Positions 1 through 9,021 of a stretch of DNA of 17,999 nt are shown here, piece by piece. Within the stretch, counting starts at the first letter, position 1. The number at the start of each line of letters is the position of its first letter. The notes under the pieces are model-generated. The model searched no databases, had not been told where the DNA came from, and saw only the letters and a list, made by a program, of their open reading frames with translations. Source of the stretch: Actinomycetota bacterium (GTDB lineage: Bacteria; Actinomycetota; Acidimicrobiia; IMCC26256; VFJJ01); the NCBI GenBank assembly GCA_009886115.1, contig VFJJ01000179.1, forward strand, positions 1-17,999, read 5' to 3'. The position numbers and the translations under genes are program-made.

Positions 1-35
1 CGGGCTGATCGGAGTGCGACGGAGGGGCCCGCGTG

Positions 36-1241
36 CTACTGCAGGTTGTAGACGCGCGCCGCGGTGTCGTGCAGGACCTTCTTGCGCACCTCGGGAGTGA
101 GGGTGGCAAGGGTTGCTGCGACGTCTGCGGTCATCCTGTCTGTCAACGACGTTCCGTGGGGGAAATCGGTCTCGAACATGACGGTGTCCGCGCCGAGGAA
201 GTCGATGTGCTCGGCGAGCGCGACCTTCTCGAACCAGAACGACGCGGTGAAGTTGCGGCGGTAGACCTCGCTGGGCGTCATGCCCATCCAGACGTCCCGC
301 TTGTCCTCGGGTTCGATGTTCTCGTGCCACTGGAAGTCCATCGCCTCGAGGAGGAACGGCAACCAGCTGATGCCCGATTCGCCCGAGACGATCTTCAGTC
401 GCGGATGGCGCAGCGGGATGCCGTTGAAGACGAGATTGGAGATGAGCCACGAGTTGCTCAGGAACGAGTTGGTCGTATAGATGGCGAGATGCACACCGCG
501 TCCGGTGGCCAACTTGGTGGTGGCATCGGCACCCGGTTCGACCCAGGGCTTGTGCGCGCCTCCGCCGGGCGGGCCGATGTGGAAGCTGAGCGGTACGTCG
601 AGCTCCTCGCACGTCGACAAGAACCTGGACCACTGCGGCTGGTTCAAGGGCGGTAGGCCGTGGACCTCCGGCGCGCTGAACATGGTGGGCCCGGCCGTGA
701 GGCCCAACTCGACCACCGTGCGCGTGAGCTCCTTCTCGGCCTCGTCGATGTCCCACCAAGGGATCTGCGACAACGGCACGAGACGGCCACCGCTCTCTTC
801 CTGCAGCGCTGCCGCAGCGTCGTTGTAGGTTCGGATGCAGACGTTGCGGAGCTCGTCGTCGGCGATCTTCGTGAAGAACATCTGGCTGCTGAAGCCGCCG
901 GTGTTGGGGTACATGATCTGTCGGGCGATGCCGTGCTCGTCGAGCCAGGCGACGCGGCTCTTCACGTCGTAGGAGCCGGCGTGCATCTGCTCGAAGAAGG
1001 GCAGCGCCCGCATGTTGCCCGGCGCCTTGGTGCCGTCGGGGCGAACCATGTTGAAACCGATCGAATCGAACGGCTGCCCGTCGACCAGCCACTGCGGCAT
1101 GCCCTGGTCGTCGTCGCCGATGCGAGGCACCCGGTCCTTGAACGCCGCGGGAGCGTGCGCTTCCCAGAAGCCCGGGGGTGGCGAATAGTGGCTGTCGACG
1201 TCGATCACGTCGATCGGGTCCGTGGTGTAGCTCGTCGCCAT
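36..1241 (-). CDS. Amidohydrolase family protein (Amidohydro_2, metal-dependent TIM barrel), 401 aa
   Basis: ATG at 1241 preceded by GGAG; N-terminal IDVDSH metal motif, FHIG, ESG and C-terminal FETDFPH; ends with KVLHDTAARVYNL, typical of the family. The upstream extension of the ORF to 1706 is out-of-frame overlap with the cupin gene. Confidence 0.9.
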   Translation of the reverse strand: MATSYTTDPIDVIDVDSHYSPPPGFWEAHAPAAFKDRVPRIGDDDQGMPQWLVDGQPFDSIGFNMVRPDGTKAPGNMRALPFFEQMHAGSYDVKSRVAWLDEHGIARQIMYPNTGGFSSQMFFTKIADDELRNVCIRTYNDAAAALQEESGGRLVPLSQIPWWDIDEAEKELTRTVVELGLTAGPTMFSAPEVHGLPPLNQPQWSRFLSTCEELDVPLSFHIGPPGGGAHKPWVEPGADATTKLATGRGVHLAIYTTNSFLSNSWLISNLVFNGIPLRHPRLKIVSGESGISWLPFLLEAMDFQWHENIEPEDKRDVWMGMTPSEVYRRNFTASFWFEKVALAEHIDFLGADTVMFETDFPHGTSLTDRMTADVAATLATLTPEVRKKVLHDTAARVYNLQ

Positions 1242-1276
1242 GATGTCTCCGGTCTCGTGGTCAGGTCGAGTGCCGC

Positions 1277-1744
1277 TCAGGTCCCGGCTTCCCAGTTGCC
1301 CACCATGTCGTCGAGGGTGACGACGTGGATGACCTCGCCGTTCTCGTCGACGAGCTCGTAGAGGCGGCCGTCGGTGGTGTGGTGGCTGTAGAAGACGAGG
1401 GCGCCGTCGGGTCCGCCGCGCTCCATGTGCGGGAAAGCGTCGCCGGTGGTGAGGTGGTACTTGCCCGCCTTGCGGACTTTGTGGGGGCCGCGCTCGCCTC
1501 CGGGGAGCATGTCGTCGAGGTGTTGCTCGCCTTCGAGGACGAGCACGCTGGTGGTGGTGATGTGGCGGTGGGCGGGGCAGTGCCCGCCGCAGTTGTCGAA
1601 GCGCACGAGGAAGTCGATCGTGCCGGCGTCGCGGTCGTAGCCCAGGATGCTGGTCTCTTGATGGATGCGGTAGCTGGTGGTGCCGTCGCCGTCGGCGACC
1701 GTCCATCGGAGCTTGCTCGTGTCGAAGGCGGTGGTCGTGGTCAT
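1277..1744 (-). CDS. Cupin-fold protein (ChrR-like/dioxygenase-like), 155 aa
   Basis: RBS AAGGGGGA; cupin motif 1 CPAHRH...VLVLEGE and motif 2 PHMERGG; strong high-GC3 codon bias. Confidence 0.8.
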   Translation of the reverse strand: MTTTTAFDTSKLRWTVADGDGTTSYRIHQETSILGYDRDAGTIDFLVRFDNCGGHCPAHRHITTTSVLVLEGEQHLDDMLPGGERGPHKVRKAGKYHLTTGDAFPHMERGGPDGALVFYSHHTTDGRLYELVDENGEVIHVVTLDDMVGNWEAGT

Positions 1745-1790
1745 GGGTCCCCCTTGGGTCTTGTCGGTGGTCTGGTACTGGTGGGTCGGG

Positions 1791-2414
1791 TCAGCACCGC
1801 TGCGGGTCGAGCGTGATGCCGGCGAGCGCCGAGACGGCGAAGGCGATCTCGGCGGTGGGCACGCTGGCGACGAGCTTCCGGTTGAGGGTGCCGAGCAGGT
1901 AGTGGTGGATGGAGCGGGCCCGCCATTCGACGTTGTCCACGCCGGCGAGGGTCAGTGCCTGTTCGAACCGCGAGGTGAAGGTGTCGAGGCAGCGGGCGAG
2001 CTCGTCGAGGGCGCCTCGCCGCCAGGCGTGCGTGGCGAAGTCCGACCACAGCGTGGGGTCGGTCAGGGCGATGGCGGGTGCTTCCCCGGCGGTGAAGATG
2101 CGCACGAGGGCGTGGAGCGCCTCGTGCCCGTCGGGGGCGGCGGCGGCGATGAGCCCGGCGGCGTGGTCGGCGAGGGCGTCGAGGAAGCCGAGCACGGCGA
2201 GGTCGACCAGTTCGTTCGCATCGCGGAGGTAGTAGTGGACGGTGCTCTTCGTCATGGCGGCCTCGTCGGCGACGGCGCGCACGGTGCACCCGGCGATGCC
2301 GGCTCGGGCGACGACCGTGGCGGCGGCGGTGGCGATGCGGGCCCGGGCGGCCTGCTGGTTGGGCGTCCAGGACAGCGGCACCAACGCGGTAGCTGCGGTG
2401 TCAGCGGTGGGCAT
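1791..2414 (-). CDS. TetR/AcrR family transcriptional regulator, ~207 aa
   Basis: N-terminal HTH RIATAAATVVARAGIAGCTVRAVADEAAMTKSTVHYY; ATG at 2414 overlaps the BVMO 3' end by 14 bp; exact start uncertain. Confidence 0.88.
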   Translation of the reverse strand: MPTADTAATALVPLSWTPNQQAARARIATAAATVVARAGIAGCTVRAVADEAAMTKSTVHYYLRDANELVDLAVLGFLDALADHAAGLIAAAAPDGHEALHALVRIFTAGEAPAIALTDPTLWSDFATHAWRRGALDELARCLDTFTSRFEQALTLAGVDNVEWRARSIHHYLLGTLNRKLVASVPTAEIAFAVSALAGITLDPQRC

Positions 2415-3873
2415 GTGCGTGGGTCTCGTAGTCGTCGAGCTGGCGAGGGTTATGGGTGAGCTCCCGGTAGCGGGCCAGTGAGTGCGGCCACTGGGTGACG
2501 ATGCGTCCGGATGGGACCCGGTAGTACGTGGAGCAGCCCCCTTGCCAGGCCTGGACGTTCTCGATGTCGGACTGCAGTTGCTCGTTGTAGGCGGCCATGA
2601 CGTCGGGGCGGACATCGACCCAGGCGAGGTCGTCGCGTTCCATGTGGTGCAGCGTGCGGAGGATGTAGTCGGCCTGGCACTCGATCATGTACACGATCGA
2701 TCCGGCGTTGGTGTTGGGCCCGTAGAGCATGAACAGGTTCGGGAACCCGCTCGTGGCGATGCCGAGGTATGCCTGCGCGCCATCGGCCCAGGCGTCGCGG
2801 AGGTGCACACCGTCGCGGCCGACGAAGTCGATGACCGATGCGAACTTCGTGGTCTCGTAGCCGGTGGCGTAGATGACGGTGTCGACCTCGCGTTCGGTGC
2901 CGTCGGTGGTTCGCACACCGGATGCGGTGATGCACTCGATCGGGTCGGTGACGAGCTCGACGTGGGGCAGGTTGAAGGTCGGGTAATAGTCGTTCGAGAA
3001 CAGCGGCCGGTGGCAACCCCACGGGTCCTTCGGGGTCAGCCGGGTCCGCACGTCGGAATCCTCGACGACCGCGATGCAGGCGACGCCCGATCGCTCGCGT
3101 TCCGCGTTCTCCTGCGGTTTCGCGAAGGGCGGATCGTCGGCGTATCGGTGGAACAACTCCCCTCGCAGTGCCGACAACGAGTTCGGTGACTGCCGGAACT
3201 TCTCGAGCTGTTCAATGGTGAACGGTACGTCCTCCTTCGGGAGGACCCAGTTCGGGCTGCGCTGGAAGAGGTGCACCCGGCCGGCGACCTTGGCGACCTC
3301 GGGCAACAGCTGCACGGCGCTCGCCGCGCTGCCGATGACGGCGACGCGCTCGCCGGCGAGCGAATGATCGGCGGGCCAATCGCCGGTATGGAACGAGGTG
3401 CCCGCGAAGCGGTTGCGTCCCTCGACGTCGGGGTAGCGGAGCTCGCCGAACATCCCAGGGCTCGCGACGACCGCCTCGGCGGTCACCGTCTCCCCGGTGC
3501 CGGTCGTCAAGTGCCAGAGGGCCGCCTCGTGGTCCCACTGCGCAGCTTCCACGATGGTGTCGAGGCAGATGTGGCGCCGGAGGTCGAACGTCGAGACGAC
3601 GTCCTCGAGGTAGGACAGGATCTCAGCCTGGCCGGCGAAGGGTCGCGACCAGTCCGGCTTCGGCGCGAAGGAGAAGGAGTAGAAGTGCGAGGCGATGTCG
3701 CAGGCGAGGCCGGGGTAGCGGTTGCGGCGCCACGTGCCTCCGATGCCGTCGGCCCGCTCGAGGACCACGAAGTCCTCGATTCCGGCCTGCCGCAACCGCA
3801 CCGCGGTGATGATCCCCCCGGGCCCGGCCCCGATGACGGCGACGCGGTGGGTGCGGGCGGCCTTGAGGGGCAT
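2401..3873 (-). CDS. Type I Baeyer-Villiger monooxygenase (flavin-containing monooxygenase), 490 aa
   Basis: ATG at 3873 with GGAG RBS; FAD motif VIGAGPGG, GGTWRRNRYPGLACD, BVMO fingerprint FAGTSFHTGDWP (FxGxxxHxxxWP), YATGY, FPNLFMLYGPN. Confidence 0.93.
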   Translation of the reverse strand: MPLKAARTHRVAVIGAGPGGIITAVRLRQAGIEDFVVLERADGIGGTWRRNRYPGLACDIASHFYSFSFAPKPDWSRPFAGQAEILSYLEDVVSTFDLRRHICLDTIVEAAQWDHEAALWHLTTGTGETVTAEAVVASPGMFGELRYPDVEGRNRFAGTSFHTGDWPADHSLAGERVAVIGSAASAVQLLPEVAKVAGRVHLFQRSPNWVLPKEDVPFTIEQLEKFRQSPNSLSALRGELFHRYADDPPFAKPQENAERERSGVACIAVVEDSDVRTRLTPKDPWGCHRPLFSNDYYPTFNLPHVELVTDPIECITASGVRTTDGTEREVDTVIYATGYETTKFASVIDFVGRDGVHLRDAWADGAQAYLGIATSGFPNLFMLYGPNTNAGSIVYMIECQADYILRTLHHMERDDLAWVDVRPDVMAAYNEQLQSDIENVQAWQGGCSTYYRVPSGRIVTQWPHSLARYRELTHNPRQLDDYETHAHAHR

Positions 3874-3912
3874 GGCGATTCTCCGGGGCCTCGATCGACT
3901 CGTCGTCGCTGG

Positions 3913-3942
3913 ATCATACCGTCCGATTCGGACTGCTGTCCA
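3913..3942 (-). promoter_or_regulatory. Putative sigma-70/HrdB-type promoter of the BVMO operon with a palindromic operator in the spacer
   Basis: Minus strand reads TGGACA (3942-3937), 18 nt, TATGAT (3918-3913); perfect inverted repeat GTCCGA-T-TCGGAC at 3921-3933 lies in the spacer. Confidence 0.6.
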
Positions 3943-4125
3943 GGGAATCAGGACAGGAGTCCGATACACGACCTCGACCTCATCGCCGGGTCGACCGGAC
4001 TCTCCGCGCGCTGGATCATCCCGGCCGGCACTGGCCGCGGCGCCACCTCCTGACCCTTCCCCTCGACACAGGCCAGCGGTCCGAGGCTGAACGGAACCTG
4101 GGCGATGGGCCTGCCCAATTCGATG

Positions 4126-7100
4126 TCAGCCGGCGGCGACGCGGGCGGCGTGGAAGATGTCGGCGGGGAGGTCGTGGGCGAGGCGCCAGAGAATGCGCAT
4201 GGGCCGGTCGCCGGTGTGGCTGAGGTATGTCGCGGGCCCGGCGTAGAGGTACGGCGGTGCGCCGAGATCGCCGTCGGCTTCCTTGGACTCGCGGACGAAC
4301 AGGTGGACCGTCGAGCCGCGCGCGGCGTGGTGGATGTAGCGCTGGCCGGTGGGTGAGCCGGCAGCGGTCATGCTCTGGGACTCCCACTGGAACATCGACG
4401 GGGTGATGGCTCGGTCTTGATACATGGTCGTGGGGGAGTAGTGCTTCTCGGTCTTACGGAGCGTCACGAAGAACACGTCGGCCTTGTCGTCATCGGCCCA
4501 CTTGACTCCCTGACGGACCGAGCCGGGGTTCGTCACCCCGAAGGCGGCGAGGGCTTCGTCTCGGCTGTATCGGGCGTGGATGTGCAGCGGATTGGGGCCG
4601 GCCGCATCGACGGGCTTGGTGATGCGGCGTCGCCGTTGAGCGAGGACGTCGAGGAGATCGCGGAGCTCGTCAGCACGCCCGGGATGGGCACGCAGCCGGA
4701 GGAGGTGATCGTGGATCTCGTCGGGGGATGCTTCGGAGCCCCAGAGGGCGAAGTGCGCCATGAGGACGAGCCGGCCGTCGCGATCATCGAGGCCCTGTCG
4801 AGCGCTTCTCGTTGACGCAGCGGCCCTCGCGTAGGCGCGGAGGCGATCGGGGTCGTCGACGTGGAGGAGCCGACCGATCGCCCCCGCGAGGACGGTGTCG
4901 TCGGGGCCGACGGGTCGGAGGTCGAGACCGGCCTGACGGCGTAGCCCGGCCCAGCCGCCACGACGGCGACGGTAGATGTCGTCGGGGTCGAGTCCGGTCT
5001 CGGCGAGAAAGTCGTCGAGCGTGCAGTCGCCGATGCGTCGTAGCTCGGCGACGAGTCCCGTCCAGTTGATGCGCAAGGCGGCCCGGAGGTTGCCGAGCAC
5101 GATCTCGCTCGAAACTCGGTCGAGCTGGATATGGCAGCCGGCAGGGAGGGTGGGGAAGCCACGCTCGAGTTGGTGCGTGAGTTGGCGGCGGGTGACACCG
5201 GTGAGAGCGCGGTAGCGCAGGTCGAAGCGGAACTCGGCGCGCTGCTGACCGATGAAGTCGAGCACGGTGAGGCAGGGCTTGTCATCGGCGAGACGCAGCC
5301 CCCGTCCGAGTTGCTGCAGGAACACCGTCGCCGACTCGGTGGGTCGGAGGAACAGCACCGTGTCGATCTCAGGGATGTCGACGCCCTCGTTGAACAGGTC
5401 GACGGTGAAGAGCACGTTGACGGTGCCGTTCCGGAGAGCCGTCAGCGCTGCTCGTCGCTCGGCTGGTGGTGTTCGGGAGGTGACGGCTTGGGCGGGGATT
5501 CCGACGAGTTCGTTGAACCGATGGGCCATGAACTCGGCGTGGTCGATGCTCACACAGAACCCGAGCGCTCGCATTCGGTGCGTGCTGGTGACCTTGTCCT
5601 GCAACGCCTGGGCGATGAGGCGCACCCGGTTGTCGTGCACCGTGTATCTGGCGGTGAGGTCAGCGACGTCATAGCCCTGGCCACGTTTCCACGCGAGGTC
5701 GCGCAGGTCGACGTCGTCGTGGACGCCGAAGTACTGGAACGGACAGAGCAGGCCCCGATCGAGTGCTTCCCAGAGGCGAAGCTCCACTCCGCCGTCAGGG
5801 TCGAACCAGCTTCGGATGTCGACCCCGTCAGTCCGTTCCGGTGTTGCCGTCAGCCCGAGCAGGACCTTGGGCTTCAGGTGACGGAGGAGTTCGGCGTAGG
5901 TGCGGTTCTCGTTGCTGGCGTGATGGAACTCGTCGACGATCACCATGTCGAACCGGTCGGACGGAAGATCCCGCTCGAGATCGATGCGGGCCAGGGACTG
6001 GACCGACGCGAAGACGTGGCGCCATTCGCTGGGACGCTGACCAGCAACGTAGGTCTCACCGAACGAACCATCGCGGAGGATGTGCCGGAAGCTCGACAGG
6101 CTCTGAGCGAGGATCTCCTCCCGGTGGGCGACGAACAGGAGCGTGTCGACGGTGCCGGCTTGCCGGAGCCGTCGGTAGTCGAGCCCGGCCACGATCGTCT
6201 TGCCGGTGCCGGTGGCCATCACGACGAGGCTGCGCCAGCGCCCGTGGAGCTCGCGCTGGGCGGCCAGTTCGTCGAGGATCTCGCTCTGGTAGCCCCACGG
6301 TCTGACGTCGAGCGTCGTCAGATCGAGTGGGAGATCGGTCGGGCCCGCACCCTCGGCGGCCAGTGCCTGATCGAGTCGGCTGACCTGCTCGGGGCGGGCC
6401 GGGTCGTACGGCTCGAACGCAGGGTCCTCCCAGTACTCGTCGAAGGTGGCCCGGAACGTGTCGAGCAGATGGCCTTGATCAACCTCGCTCAGGCGCACGT
6501 TCCACTCGAGCCCGTCGAGCATCGCAGATCTCGACAGGTTCGACGAACCCACGTATGCGGTCGAGAAGCCTGTGGACCGTTGGAACAACCATGCCTTGGC
6601 GTGCAAGCGGGTCATCCGGGTCTCGTACGAGATCTTGACGTCGGCGCCCAACTCGACCAGCCGATCGAGTGCCCGCCGTTCCGTCGCACCCATGTAGGTC
6701 GTCGTGATGACACGCAGTCGCCCGCCCCGACCGGTCATCGTGGCGATGTGCTCATCGATGATGCGGAGGCCGTGCCATTTCACGAATGCGCACAACAGGT
6801 CGACCCGATCTGCCGAGGCGAGCTCTCGCTGTACCTCGGAGCCGATCCGCGGCTGGTCGCGACCGTTCACCAACAGCGCGCTCGATGAGAGCGGGACCTC
6901 GGGCCGGGCCGGGAATCTCGAAGCCCCCGCAGGAAGCGGAACGTTCCCGGCGATGGCACGCAACAGGTCATGGGTGGAAGCCACGTGGTCGTCGGCGTTC
7001 GTGGCGTTCGAGGCGAGCCCTTCGACAGCTTGTGCGATCTCGTTGGCCAGTGCGACCTGACGGCGGATCGCCGCCTGGTCGGAGCCGCCGATCTGGCGGA

Positions 7101-7263
7101 GAGCCCTACCGATCAAGCGGGCCAGATGCCGGCTCAGCGCGTCGTGGGCGTCGGCGGCGTCGAGCCCGGCTCGTTGGACCCGCTCGCCGGGGATCATCTG
7201 GAGACGTCGTTCGAGGCCGTCGGTGACCAGCTGCTCGTACAACCCCGGCGTCAGCTCAGCCAC
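4126..7263 (-). CDS. PLD-nuclease + SF2 (DEAD/DEAH-like) helicase + C-terminal DUF3427 protein, SauUSI-like type IV restriction architecture, 1045 aa
   Basis: PLD motif LHAKAWLF...AYVGSSNLS...EWN; helicase motifs MATGTGKT, DEFHH, GLTATPER, DLFNEGVDIP, QQLGRGLR; C-terminal FVTLRK...YSPTTMYQDRAI...FQWESQS typical of DUF3427; GTG start. Confidence 0.9.
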   Translation of the reverse strand: MAELTPGLYEQLVTDGLERRLQMIPGERVQRAGLDAADAHDALSRHLARLIGRALRQIGGSDQAAIRRQVALANEIAQAVEGLASNATNADDHVASTHDLLRAIAGNVPLPAGASRFPARPEVPLSSSALLVNGRDQPRIGSEVQRELASADRVDLLCAFVKWHGLRIIDEHIATMTGRGGRLRVITTTYMGATERRALDRLVELGADVKISYETRMTRLHAKAWLFQRSTGFSTAYVGSSNLSRSAMLDGLEWNVRLSEVDQGHLLDTFRATFDEYWEDPAFEPYDPARPEQVSRLDQALAAEGAGPTDLPLDLTTLDVRPWGYQSEILDELAAQRELHGRWRSLVVMATGTGKTIVAGLDYRRLRQAGTVDTLLFVAHREEILAQSLSSFRHILRDGSFGETYVAGQRPSEWRHVFASVQSLARIDLERDLPSDRFDMVIVDEFHHASNENRTYAELLRHLKPKVLLGLTATPERTDGVDIRSWFDPDGGVELRLWEALDRGLLCPFQYFGVHDDVDLRDLAWKRGQGYDVADLTARYTVHDNRVRLIAQALQDKVTSTHRMRALGFCVSIDHAEFMAHRFNELVGIPAQAVTSRTPPAERRAALTALRNGTVNVLFTVDLFNEGVDIPEIDTVLFLRPTESATVFLQQLGRGLRLADDKPCLTVLDFIGQQRAEFRFDLRYRALTGVTRRQLTHQLERGFPTLPAGCHIQLDRVSSEIVLGNLRAALRINWTGLVAELRRIGDCTLDDFLAETGLDPDDIYRRRRGGWAGLRRQAGLDLRPVGPDDTVLAGAIGRLLHVDDPDRLRAYARAAASTRSARQGLDDRDGRLVLMAHFALWGSEASPDEIHDHLLRLRAHPGRADELRDLLDVLAQRRRRITKPVDAAGPNPLHIHARYSRDEALAAFGVTNPGSVRQGVKWADDDKADVFFVTLRKTEKHYSPTTMYQDRAITPSMFQWESQSMTAAGSPTGQRYIHHAARGSTVHLFVRESKEADGDLGAPPYLYAGPATYLSHTGDRPMRILWRLAHDLPADIFHAARVAAG

Positions 7264-7275
7264 GCACCGACAGTA
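7264..7275 (-). promoter_or_regulatory. Leaderless-type -10 element for the nuclease-helicase gene
   Basis: Minus strand TACTGT (7275-7270), 6 nt, then GTG start at 7263; no SD sequence. Confidence 0.5.
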
Positions 7276-7553
7276 GTGAAGCTGCTGACTCGCAAGCGGC
7301 TCTTGAAGACCAGCGACGTTCTCGAAGGAGCGAGGTGCCGGCCGTAGGGCTGCGCCCGATGCGCGGGTCGAAGTCCGACCGGACCAGAGGCGTGATCATC
7401 CGAGGCCACCCGTTCATCCGCGGCACCCGCTGTGGCCACGACGAAATCAGCGCTGATGGTCGACATCGTCACCTCCGCGGCGCTGCGGCGTTCCAGGAAC
7501 TGGCCCCTCGGCGATCTGACCGAGCGGTATCGCGCCGGCTCTTCCGCGCTGCC

Positions 7554-7579
7554 CGATCCGACGACGCAACGGACGCGTT
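7554..7579 (+). promoter_or_regulatory. Putative ECF-sigma promoter upstream of doxX-like gene
   Basis: CGATCC (7554-7559), 16 nt, CGTT (7576-7579); same geometry as the motifs at 10339-10364, 15265-15291 and 15823-15849. Confidence 0.3.
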
Positions 7580-7626
7580 GGGCTGGCCGTGCCAGTCTGC
7601 GGCTCGGGCGTCGGGGGAGGTGACGA

Positions 7627-7638
7627 TACTGTGCGCCG
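7627..7638 (+). promoter_or_regulatory. Leaderless-type -10 element for the doxX-like gene
   Basis: TACTGT (7627-7632), 6 nt, then GTG start at 7639. Confidence 0.45.
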
Positions 7639-8034
7639 GTGGCTCAGGACCGACGTGACCGGATCGCTCTGGTGATGGGTGTGTTCCTCACGTTCGCCGG
7701 GGTGATGCACTTCGCCTCACCGACGTTCTTCGACGACATCGTGCCGCCCTGGTTGCCGCCGAGCGAACGGTTCTGGACCTACGTCAGTGGTTTCTCCGAG
7801 CTCGTCGTGGGCGCGACGCTGCTGGCGAAGCGGACGAGGCGTTGGGCAGCGTACGCGGCGATGGGGCTGTTGGTCCTCGTGTACCCGGCGAACCTCTTCA
7901 TGGCGTGGGACTGGCGGGATCGGCCGGCGAGCGAGCAGTTCATCGCCTACGCGCGTCTGCCGTTCCAGTTCCTCTTCATCTGGCTTGCGTGGAAGGTGGC
8001 GCAGCGGTCGACGCCGACGGTCGCGCTGAGCTGA
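7639..8034 (+). CDS. DoxX-like small membrane protein, 131 aa
   Basis: Four hydrophobic segments; AGVMHF...FFDDIVPPWLP, YVSGFSEL, VYPANLFMA, RLPFQ motifs typical of DoxX-like membrane proteins. Confidence 0.85.
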   Translation: MAQDRRDRIALVMGVFLTFAGVMHFASPTFFDDIVPPWLPPSERFWTYVSGFSELVVGATLLAKRTRRWAAYAAMGLLVLVYPANLFMAWDWRDRPASEQFIAYARLPFQFLFIWLAWKVAQRSTPTVALS

Positions 8035-8060
8035 CTGACACAGGTGCGGGGCGACGAGGT

Positions 8061-8540
8061 TGGCCAACCGACCTGCAATGGAGCGGCGGGACCATCGCGA
8101 CAAACGATCGACGCCCGTGGACGCGCGCACCGAGGCCTCGTGGCGAGCGATCGAGGGCACCGGTGGCGCGCGCGACTGGTCGTCTTCCCGCGCTCGGCGG
8201 CGTTGCCGCGGTTCATCGACCGCCTTCTCGGCGGGGTCCTGTGCGCTACGGGCGACGCAATCCTGGCTGACGGGCTGATCGTCGGTGAAGCGATCGGCTG
8301 CTGGCGGGTCGAAGCGCTCGAACGACCAAGGCCGGTGCGCCTGCGCGCCGAGACGTGCCGTTGTCCGGCGTGGCCTGGCTGGAGTTCACGATCGCCGACG
8401 ACCGCGACCATCCTGTCCCCGCATCAATGGGCGCTGTTCGTCCCTCGTGGGCTCGCCGGGCAGCTCTCCTGGTGGACCGTGACCCCGTTCCACAGCATCG
8501 TCTTCGGCGCGATGATCGCAACCTCGCGCAGGTCTCGCGT
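8061..8540 (+). pseudogene. Frameshifted C-terminal remnant of a YbjT-like SDR/DUF2867 protein
   Basis: Family motifs are split over three frames: PTDLQWSGGT; SWRAIEGTGGARDW; FIDRLLGGV...VGEAIGCWRVEALE...RLRAE; AWLEFTI; ALFVPRGLAGQLSWWTVTPFHSIVFGAM. No N-terminal Rossmann domain. Boundaries approximate. Confidence 0.75.
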
Positions 8541-8695
8541 ACCGAAACGCCGCGAGGTGGAGCCGATGCTGCCGTCGCCGTCGGGCGTGACAGCGACGCG
8601 GTCCTCGGACGTGAGGACACTGCCCCTCGCTACGACGAGCAGATGACGCGGCGCGTCGTACTCGACGGTGCGATCGGCTGAAGGGAGCGCGTTCC

Positions 8696-9021
8696 ATGAC
8701 CACCAACCTCGAAGGCGCAGTCGTTGCGGTCATCGGCGCCAGCGGAGGCCTCGGCGCGCTGATCGCCTCGACGGCGTGGTGAACGCGGCAGGGGTCGTCG
8801 CGTTCGGGTCGTTGCCCGACACCGACGACGTCGTGCTCGAGGAGCTGTTCCTCACCAACGTCCTCGGACCGCTCTGGCTGATCAAGCGAGTCGCCCCATC
8901 GCTCACCGCGACCCAAGGTTCTATCGTGAGCATCAGTGCGGTGGTCGCCGAGTCACCCATGACGGGCATGGTGGGTTACTCGGCGTCGAAAGCAGCATTG
9001 ACGGGTGCGGATCAGTTCTGA
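8696..9021 (+). pseudogene. Short-chain dehydrogenase/reductase remnant with internal deletion, frameshift and 3' truncation
   Basis: RBS AAGGGAG and ATG at 8696 give MTTNLEGAVVAVIGASGGLGALIA (GASGGLG motif) then a stop; another frame continues directly with LDGVVNAAG...NVLGP...ISAVV...YSASK and stops shortly after the YxxxK motif. Confidence 0.8.

Noticed and set aside
33..2459. Plus-strand ORFs 33..656, 660..1361, 1325..1816, 1677..2459
   Set aside because: Antisense shadows of well-supported minus-strand genes.
3907..4019. 11-bp direct repeat CGCTGGATCAT at 3907-3917 and 4009-4019 as an insertion scar
   Set aside because: It flanks only ~90 bp with no recognisable element; could be chance.
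5131..6888. 585-aa plus-strand ORF
   Set aside because: Antisense shadow of the helicase gene caused by high-GC codon bias; no recognisable motifs.
4126..7263. Type I or type III restriction-modification system
   Set aside because: No methyltransferase or specificity subunit nearby; the domain order fits a stand-alone type IV-like enzyme.
7276..7553. Short ORFs or ncRNA in the spacer between the helicase and doxX
   Set aside because: No recognisable protein motif, RBS or RNA structure could be supported by eye.
8541..8681. Possible further gene fragment ending in TGA before the SDR RBS
   Set aside because: Too short and degraded to assign to a family.
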